Assembly: GCF_006345805.1 (NCBI RefSeq)
Contig: NW_021828243.1
Coordinates: 1-8,882, forward strand
Direction: 5' to 3'
DNA from: Octopus sinensis
Lineage: Eukaryota
DNA length: 8,882 nt
The position numbers and the translations under genes are program-made. Under the pieces are notes generated by a model. That model ran no database searches and was not told where the DNA came from. It worked only from the letters and a program-made list of their open reading frames with translations. Shown here in pieces: positions 1 through 6,416 of the stretch. The number at the start of each line of letters is the position of its first letter. Position 1 is the first letter of the stretch.

Positions 1-300
1 GATGTTGACAGGAAGATCATGGACGATGGCGTTGATTCTTGGTCCATAGTTTCTTATGTAGCAGTGTATGGGTAGGTGGTGAGCATCGACTTGAAGTGAC
101 ATGGGCATCGGAGAGATCTGAATGAGCAACTTAGATAGAATTAAATCAACCCGTCGTCCCTACACCGCCGAATACCACATGACCGTTCTGGCGTGGAAAG
201 GGAATAGGGATAAAGCAATGAGATTGACGCTGCAGGCTAGAAATCGCAGCTACTGCATTCTTGACTTTAACAGTTACGTGGGAGTTTTCTGCATGCAGAA
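1..300 (-). pseudogene. Possible frameshifted remnant of a non-LTR retrotransposon ORF1 (RRM-like), running off the left edge
   Basis: Manual minus-strand translation gives LHAENSHVTVKVKNAVAAISSLQRQSHCFIPIPFPRQNGHVVFGGVGTT, then after a frameshift near 150 RRVDLILSKLLIQISPMPMSLQVDAHHLPIHCYIRNYGPRINAIVHDLPVNI, which is open to position 1. 'NGHVVF' and 'AIVHDLPVNI' resemble RRM beta-strand motifs of LINE ORF1 proteins. This is pattern resemblance only. Confidence 0.25.
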
Positions 301-988
301 ACTAGAAAAAAAAGGGACAACAGAGACAGTAACAAAAAGAGCAGATCACAGAAACTACTACTTTCAAACTACCAGAGGTGAAGGCTCTAGAAATAGAAGT
401 GGTTGCTTATCAGTTCCAGAAACCAATGGTCAGATATTTCTTCCTCGGCCATAACGGGCAGCATAATCCACTGTCATGCGCTGCTGAGAAGAGGGTGGAC
501 AAGGTTAGGTGGACAACAGACATGGGACCCTGTTGAAGGCAGTGGAGTAGCAAAACGGGGAAAAGGGCCTTTGAATTAGAAGGATATACGTAACCCTAAG
601 GATAGGTGGAGGAGCGTATTACTTCCTGTAATGGATGAAGTTTACAGTGCTTCGAATGACATAAAGAAAAAATGATTAAGTGCTAACCTGCGAGGAGATG
701 GCTTCCGATTAGTTGGGACATACTTGAAATTTTGAGTGTTGTTGTAAACCACCTTAAAAGTAATGATTGTTATTCTTTAACCTGCTGGAAAACGTGTGTT
801 ATTGTCTCTCCAGCACCCGAGTCGCTCAGAAGCTTCTTCTGAACAGCCAATTTCTATTACCTTGATGCAGAATACTTGGAAACGAAAGATGGTCATTATT
901 GTAAGGCACTTAACACCTGAATGAGTGCGACGCCCTTTGTGTTGTATTATATTTATATTATATTAAATTAAAGCTGTACATACCAAAT

Positions 989-1423
989 GTAGTCGTGGTT
1001 GTATTGCAATAAGCTTGCTTCTCAAACACATGTTTCTCAATTCTGTCCCACTGCGTGGCACCTTGGTCAAGTGTCTTCTACTATAGCCTCGGTCAGTCAA
1101 AGCCTTAAGAGTAGATTTAGTAGACGCAGACCGACAGAATGCGTCATGTGTGTGTGTGTGTGTGTATGTGTGTGTGTGTATGTGTGTGTGTGTATGTGTG
1201 TATGTGTGTGTGTGTGTGTGTGGTGTGTGCGCGTGGTGTGTGTGTGTGTGTGATACCACCGCTGAACGACCAATGTTACCTCTCCATCGGTTATTTCTGT
1301 AATGGATTGAACAATTATCATGCCTAAAATTATAAGTATCATGGTCGACACGTTCGACTAAAATCCTTCAAGGCGTTGATCCAGCATGGCCATAGCCCAG
1401 TAACTGAAACAAGTAAAAGAAAA
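989..1423 (+). mobile_element. SINE family A copy 1 (old, diverged; tRNA head + CORE-like segment + internal (TG)n + 3' tail)
   Basis: Contains gtcccactgcgtggcaccttggtcaagtgtcttctactatagcctcgg and the tail ccagcatggcc...actgaaacaagtaaaaga. Both align with the copies at 2103-2540 and 4497-4912. The A and B boxes are eroded. Confidence 0.8.
1147..1252. repeat. (TG)n microsatellite with TA interruptions, inside SINE A copy 1
   Basis: Directly visible in the sequence. Confidence 0.95.
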
Positions 1424-1437
1424 GCGATAAATGATAT

Positions 1438-1480
1438 CCTGGAAACCGGTCTTATGGGGCATGGCTCAGGAAGGACCTTT
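1438..1480 (+). mobile_element. 5'-truncated 3'-end fragment related to SINE family C
   Basis: ggaaaccggtcttatggggcatggctcaggaagga aligns with gaaaccggcccttatgagccagggatggcttgagaagga at about 5511-5549. Confidence 0.5.
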
Positions 1481-1550
1481 GATCCACATGATACACCGTT
1501 TCACTGTTTTCTCATATGGATAGATAGATATTATATATATATATATACAC

Positions 1551-1924
1551 TTTTTTTACTTGTTTCAGTCATTTGACTGTGGCCATCCTGGAGCACCGCC
1601 TTTAGACGAGCAAATCGACCCCGGGACTTATTCTTTGTAAACCCAGTACTTATTCTATCGGTCTCTTTTTGCCGAACCGCTAAGTGACAAGGACGTAAAC
1701 ACACCAGCATCGGTTGTCAAGCAATGCTAGGGGAACAAACACAGACACACAAACACATACACACGCACACATATTTATACATATACACGACAGGCTTCTT
1801 TCAGTTTCCGTCTACCAAATCCACTCACAAGGCTTGGTCGGCCCGAGGCTATAGCAGAAGACACTTGCCCAAGATGCCACGCAGTGGGACTGAACCCGGA
1901 ACCATGTGGTTGGTAAGCAAGCTA
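1551..1924 (-). mobile_element. SINE family A copy 2 (inverted; first ~25 nt of the head, including the A box, missing)
   Basis: The reverse complement reads tagcttgcttaccaaccacatggttccgggttcagtcccactgcgtggcatcttgggcaag...cagtcaaatgactgaaacaagtaaaaaaa. The 5' half is roughly 90% identical by eye to 2103-2540. Confidence 0.92.
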
Positions 1925-2078
1925 GAAGGTGGAAAAAAAGAGTACTCAAATACCAGGGATAGAGTAATATGCTTTATTTAAAAGAGTTTTGTTAAAATTT
2001 TAACAAACCTGTCCGACGAACGGAAACATGAAATCCGAGTAACAGGTTTTGTTGAATTTCTGGTGCTTTTAAATAAAG
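1925..2078. mobile_element. Probable Penelope-like element (PLE) terminal-repeat remnant with inverted arms
   Basis: Inverted repeat ctttatttaaaa (1972-1983) / ttttaaataaag (2067-2078). It contains a hammerhead motif (2005-2049) followed by AATAAA (2072-2077). The PLE assignment is inferred from the hammerhead type and this arrangement. Confidence 0.5.
2005..2049 (+). ncRNA. Degenerate minimal type I hammerhead ribozyme motif
   Basis: Stem I aaacctgt (2005-2012) pairs with acaggttt (2042-2049). The core is CCGACGA (2013-2019, versus CUGANGA). Stem II is ACG-GAAA-CAU (2020-2029), then GAAA (2030-2033), a short stem III region TCCGAG, and the cleavage triplet GUA (2039-2041) directly abutting stem I. 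Confidence 0.65.
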
Positions 2079-2102
2079 TATATATATATATATATATATA
2101 TA
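2079..2102. repeat. (TA)12 microsatellite
   Basis: Directly visible in the sequence. Confidence 0.95.
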
Positions 2103-2540
2103 GGCGCAGGAGTGGCTGTGTGGTAAGTAGCTTGCTTACCAACCACATGGTTCCAGGTTCAGTCCCACAGCGTGGCACCTTCGGCAAGTGTCTTCTACTA
2201 TAGCCACGGGCCGAACCAAAGCCTTTTGAGTGGATTTGGTAGACGGAAACTAAAAGAATCCCGTCGTATATATGTATATATATATATGTGTGTATGTGTG
2301 TGTGTGTGCGTGTGTACGTGTGTGCGTGTATGTTTGTGTGTCTGTGTTTGTCCCCAACATCACTTGACAACCGATGCTGGTGTGTTTACGTCCCCGTAAC
2401 TTTGCAGATCGGCAAAAGAGACCGATACAATAAGCACTAGGCCCACAAAGAATAAGTCCTGGGGTTCGATTTCTTCAACTAAAGACGTTGCTCCAGGATG
2501 GCCGCAGTCAAATGACTGAAACAAGTAAAAGAGTTAAAGA
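2103..2540 (+). mobile_element. SINE family A copy 3 (full length, tRNA-derived, CORE-like central segment)
   Basis: A box tggctgtgtggt (2113-2124), B box ggttcagtccc (2156-2166), CORE-like gtggcaccttcggcaagtgtcttc, internal (TA)n(TG)n at about 2267-2340, 3' hairpin cagtca-aa-tgactg (2505-2518) and an aaaagag-type tail. Confidence 0.93.
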
Positions 2541-2546
2541 GAGAGT

Positions 2547-2582
<36 letters not shown>

Positions 2583-2710
2583 AACATAATTACGCATATA
2601 CATAAAAAGTACATACACATACAAATTCATCGATGCAAAAAACAACACTGATTAACATAACCACACACATACATACTGGCACACACACACGCGCACGCAG
2701 ACATGCACAC
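2547..2710. repeat. (TA)n grading into CA-rich degenerate microsatellite
   Basis: Directly visible in the sequence. Confidence 0.85.
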
Positions 2711-2849
2711 GTAAATCTATTCACACTCATAAATGCTTAGAATTCAGTGCATCAGACCGTAACCATGGTTGCAAACAGTACAGTCCATACATTATCCCAG
2801 CAAGCCACACCCAGCGCTGTGGAGCGTTCACGAATCGTCTTCAATACAC

Positions 2850-2910
2850 GCCACCAACGGCGCCACCTCCACCTCCGCTTTCGCCGCCGCCACTACCACC
2901 ACCAACATCG
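2850..2910. repeat. Degenerate (CCN)n trinucleotide tract
   Basis: ccaccaacggcgccacctccacctccgctttcgccgccgccactaccaccacc. Confidence 0.6.
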
Positions 2911-3065
2911 CAAACATAGTAGAAATACCACGACAGAACGCCCAGCACGTATTTACTGCACGATAGACCACGCCATATTATACAAGAAAAAACCGCCACT
3001 GAGCATACGCTAGGCTCCATCGCCTACATCTCTATCACCATCGGCCACCACTATCACCAACCATC

Positions 3066-3249
3066 AATACCTATTTCTTTACTACCCACAAGGGGCTAAA
3101 CACAGAGAGGACAAACAAGGACAGACAAACGAATTAAGTCGATTATATCGACCCCAGTGCGTAACTGGTATTTATTTAATCGACCCCGAAAGAATGAAAG
3201 GCAAAGTCGACCTCGGCGGAATTTTAACTCAGAACGTAAAGACAGACGA
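3066..3249 (-). mobile_element. SINE family B, second (head-truncated) unit of a tandem dimer
   Basis: 184-bp direct repeat of 3250-3434 with about 10 differences by manual alignment. It keeps the B-box region but lacks the A box. Confidence 0.9.
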
Positions 3250-3488
3250 AATACCTATTTCTTTACTACCCACAAGGGGCTAAACACAGAGAGGACAAAC
3301 AAGGACAGACAAACGGATTAAGTCGATTATATCGACCCCAATGCGTAACAGGTACTTATTTTAATCGACCCCGAAAGGATGAAAGGCAAAGTCGACCTCG
3401 GCGGAATTTGAACTCAGAACGTAGCGGCAGACGACATACGGCTACGCATTTCGCCCGGCGTGCTAACGTTTCTGCCAGTTCGCCGCTT
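3250..3488 (-). mobile_element. SINE family B, full-length unit (tRNA-derived head, Meta/MESC-like central motif)
   Basis: Minus strand: A-box-like tggcagaaacgtt (3477-3465), B box gagttcaaattc (3415-3404), then gaggtcgactttgcctttcatcctttcggggtcgattaaaataagtacc. From memory this resembles the Meta/MESC SINE domain (gtcgactcagccttccatccttccgaggtcg.taaaatgagtacc). The domain name needs confirming. Confidence 0.88.
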
Positions 3489-3496
3489 TATAATAC

Positions 3497-3558
3497 AATC
3501 ACCACCACTATCACCACCACCACCACCAACAATACCATCACCACCATTGCCACTATCA
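3497..3558. repeat. (CAC)n/(CAA)n degenerate trinucleotide repeat; a similar tract at 3030-3065 flanks SINE B on the other side
   Basis: Directly visible. SINE B appears to have inserted into a CAC-rich tract. Confidence 0.75.
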
Positions 3559-3828
3559 TAAACAAATGCAAAAATGTACATACATACACACACACATACA
3601 CACAACCATATATGCATCTTAAATAGGTTCACCCTCGCCCGCGTATAAAGCAGGTACTAACGCACAGATTCGCATGCGCACACACATACGCATTCTCACA
3701 CTCATTACATCTGGTATACACATACACACACACAGACTCGCTGGCTTTCCTTCTGTCACATTCCAAGCTGTCACCAAGAAACCGACATCCCTCCAGCTTT
3801 CTGTCCAGCCATACGGTCCAAGAAATTA

Positions 3829-4217
3829 TCTCTTCTCTCTATATATAAACGGCAGTTTGTCTGTGCGTGTTTCTGTGTGTCTGTTTGCTTGTACCCTCAC
3901 CCTGACCACGGCTTTCAACCGATTCTGATGAAACTTGACACACACATAGCCCAATGTCATAATTCAAAACTAACGCAGCGAAAATTTTGAAAAGTTCCCC
4001 AAGTTCTGAAAAAAATCGATAAATTCGACATGGGGTCGAGAATGAGAAACACAAACCGCAAACTGTCTAGGGGACGCAACTCCCACCTTTTTTACTCTCA
4101 AAAAAGATTTACCATCATTTTTTTCCATTTTTTTGCTATTTTTTGGCTATAACTCTCTAAAAATGCTTTATAGTTATTTCCCTTACAAACCTGAGCAACG
4201 CCGGGCGATACTGCTAG
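3829..4217 (+). mobile_element. Non-autonomous Helitron H1 (~389 bp)
   Basis: Starts with TC after A3828 (tctcttctctctatatataaac). Ends with a GC hairpin (cctgagcaacgccggg, 4190-4205) followed by CTAG (4214-4217) and T4218. No target-site duplication and no ORF. These are canonical Helitron termini. Confidence 0.85.
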
Positions 4218-4496
4218 TCCTTTCTAATGCGTCTGGTGTTGATGAAATACAGACCTCACTTCTAACAACATGGTGTAACCCACCTGGAGCAATGGCAGTC
4301 CATTTTTCAGTAGCCAGCTTGACCTTCTTGTGTTTCTTCATTCGGTAATCTGAGCCTGAGCGAACTGTGTTTCCATTCGGAGTCTGCGAAACGTTAAGTC
4401 GCATGAGGCAGAACCAAAGCGTTTAGATAATTATTTAATTCCTAATAAATGTGATGGCCGCACTTTTCTTTCGTTTCTACATTCGCTGGTATATAA

Positions 4497-4657
4497 GAGT
4501 GGCTGTGTGGTAAGTAGCTTGCTTCCCAACCACTTGGTTCCGGGTTCAGTCCCACTGCGTGGCACCTTGGGTAAGTGTTCTTCTACTATAGCCTCAGGCT
4601 TACCAAAGCCTTGTGAGTGGATTTGGTAGATGGAAACTGAAAGAAGCCCATCGTATA

Positions 4658-4707
<50 letters not shown>

Positions 4708-4912
4708 TGCATTTGTGTATCTGGGTTTTGTCCCCCACTATCGCTTGACAACCGATGCTGGTGTATTAACGTCTCCGTAACTTAGCGGTTCAGCAAAAGA
4801 GACCGATAGAATAAGTACTGGGCTTACAAAGAATAAATCCTGGGGTAGATTTGCTCGACTAAAAGCAGTGTTCCAGCATGGCCGCAATCAAATGACTGAA
4901 ACAAGTAAAAGA
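4497..4912 (+). mobile_element. SINE family A copy 4 (near full length)
   Basis: gagtggctgtgtggtaagtagc...ccgggttcagtcccactgcgtggcaccttgg..., pure (TG)23 at 4660-4705, and tail ...ccagcatggccgcaatcaaatgactgaaacaagtaaaaga. Confidence 0.93.
4660..4705. repeat. Perfect (TG)23 microsatellite inside SINE A copy 4
   Basis: Directly visible in the sequence. Confidence 0.95.
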
Positions 4913-4937
4913 GGAAGAGAATAAAAAGAAGAAATAA

Positions 4938-5254
4938 CATACATAAATACATACATAAATACATACTCCATACATACATATACATACATACATACATACA
5001 TACATGCATGCATGCATACATACATACATACATACATACATACATACAAACATACATACATATATATATGTATATACATACATACTACATACATATATAT
5101 ATGTATATAATACATACATACATACATATATATATATATGTATATACATATGTATATATATATATATATGCATATATATATATAATATGATATAAATAAT
5201 ACATATATATATGCATATACACACACACATGTGTGTGTGTGTATGCGTGTGTGT
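4938..5254. repeat. Compound (CATA)n / (TA)n / (CA)n(TG)n microsatellite
   Basis: Directly visible. Includes perfect palindromes at 5157-5184 and 5219-5240. Confidence 0.95.
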
Positions 5255-5566
5255 GGGGGCACACGGCCTAGTGGTTAGAGCAGTGGAAACGCGGTCGAGG
5301 GATCGCGGGTTCGAATCTCAGACCGGGCGATGTGTGTGTTCACGAGCAAAACACCTAAGTTCCACGCGACTCCGGTAGAAGGTAATGGCGAACTTCTGCT
5401 GACTCTTTCGCCACAACTTTCTCTCACACTTTCCTCCTGCATCTTGCAGCTCACCTGCGACGGACCGGCGTCCCGTCCAGGTGGGGGAACCTATACGCCA
5501 ATGTAACCGGGAAACCGGCCCTTATGAGCCAGGGATGGCTTGAGAAGGAACAAACAACAAAAACAA
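5255..5566 (+). mobile_element. SINE family C (tRNA-derived head, CORE-like and V-like segments, (CAA)-rich tail)
   Basis: A box cggcctagtgg (5264-5274), B box ggttcgaatct (5308-5318), gtgttcacgagcaaaacaccta (CORE-like), cctgcgacggaccggcgtcccgtccagg (V-domain-like, from recall) and tail gaaggaacaaacaacaaaaacaa. Confidence 0.85.
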
Positions 5567-5570
5567 TATA

Positions 5571-6086
5571 TCTATATATATAAAACTGTAGTTGTGTGAG
5601 TGTCTGTCCCCTTCGATTTAGATTCCTAACTCCTCCCACATTTTGCGGTGCAGTTTAACCAAATTCGGGTATCTTATAGTCGTGATTCATATCGAGCCCG
5701 TCTGAGTATTAGCGTGCGTCTACGATGAGTCTACGATTTTAAAAATAATTTAACATCATTTTTTTTATTCCATTTTAATGCATAATTTTTCGTGTGTCGA
5801 TGGCGGCGGAGATTGACCGTCCACGCTCACACTTGCACCTGTTTGCTTCTCCCCCTTCTTCCCTCCCTCGTGAAGCTGTGGGGAAGGGAGTGTAAGGAAA
5901 TCAACGTCATAAAGCGTTGTCAAGGAGACCAGCGTTCTTTTAGAACAACGACTTCATGGCTTGAAGACATCCAACAGAAATGGCTAAGAAAGCCCGAATT
6001 GGCATCTATAAGGGAAGTAACTCTCTAAAAATGCTTATATAGTTATTTCCCTTACAAACCCGAGCAACGCCGGGCGATACTGCTAG
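5571..6086 (+). mobile_element. Non-autonomous Helitron H2 (~516 bp)
   Basis: Starts with TC after A5570 (tctatatatataaaactgtag). Ends with hairpin cccgagcaacgccggg (6059-6074), CTAG (6083-6086) and T6087. The last 68 bp match H1 apart from one substitution and one indel. Confidence 0.87.
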
Positions 6087-6094
6087 TATAAATA

Positions 6095-6191
6095 TAAGAT
6101 GAAAACGGGTGAAGGAATAACAAGCAGCTGTATTAGTTTAACACTCGGGAAGAATGGAGAAGTCTTTGACGTTTCGATAAAGACTCGTCAT
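6095..6191 (-). mobile_element. Possible second PLE-like terminal-repeat fragment with truncated hammerhead core
   Basis: Minus strand reads aTGACGA-gtctttatc-GAAACGTC-aaagacttctcc. GAAACGUC with the ACGU palindrome is typical of minimal PLE hammerheads. C3 and a canonical stem I are missing. Confidence 0.4.
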
Positions 6192-6289
6192 CGAATTTGA
6201 CAGACAGGAACTGTGGAATCCTAAAATATATAATGTATTTTTGTATGAGTGTGTTTGTGTGTGTTTGTGTGTGTGTGCGTGTGTGCGTG

Positions 6290-6321
<32 letters not shown>

Positions 6322-6383
6322 CGTGTGTGTGTGTGTGTGTGCGTGTGTGTGCGTGTGTGTTTGTGTGCGTGTGTTTGTGTGTG

Positions 6384-6416
<33 letters not shown>

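Noticed and set aside
122-454. 110-aa plus-strand ORF
   Set aside because: No recognisable motif. The opposite strand looks more protein-like, so this is probably a shadow ORF.
2747-3013. Short ORFs with poly-Pro, poly-His/Arg or poly-Thr/Ala over the GC-rich tract
   Set aside because: These are explained by the degenerate (CCN)n repeat. No splice or homology evidence is visible.
3066-3434. CRISPR-like array or satellite
   Set aside because: There are only two 184-bp units with no spacers, in a eukaryotic context. It is explained as a SINE dimer.
3925-3935. CTGATGA hammerhead core match inside Helitron H1
   Set aside because: No stem II or downstream GAAA-stem III-NUH in register, and no closing stem I.
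4356-4395. CTGAGCGA...GAAACGTT hammerhead-like pair
   Set aside because: The first half has an extra base, and I could not form a convincing stem II or stem I.
5157-5240. Perfect palindromes at 5157-5184 and 5219-5240 as MITE termini or functional hairpins
   Set aside because: They arise naturally from (TA)n and abutting (CA)n/(TG)n microsatellites. There is no target-site duplication or unique sequence.
5255-5330. tRNA gene (also the heads at 2103-2170, 3404-3488 and 4497-4560)
   Set aside because: A and B boxes are present, but there is no closed acceptor stem or oligo-T terminator, and each continues into a SINE body. These are tRNA-derived SINE heads.
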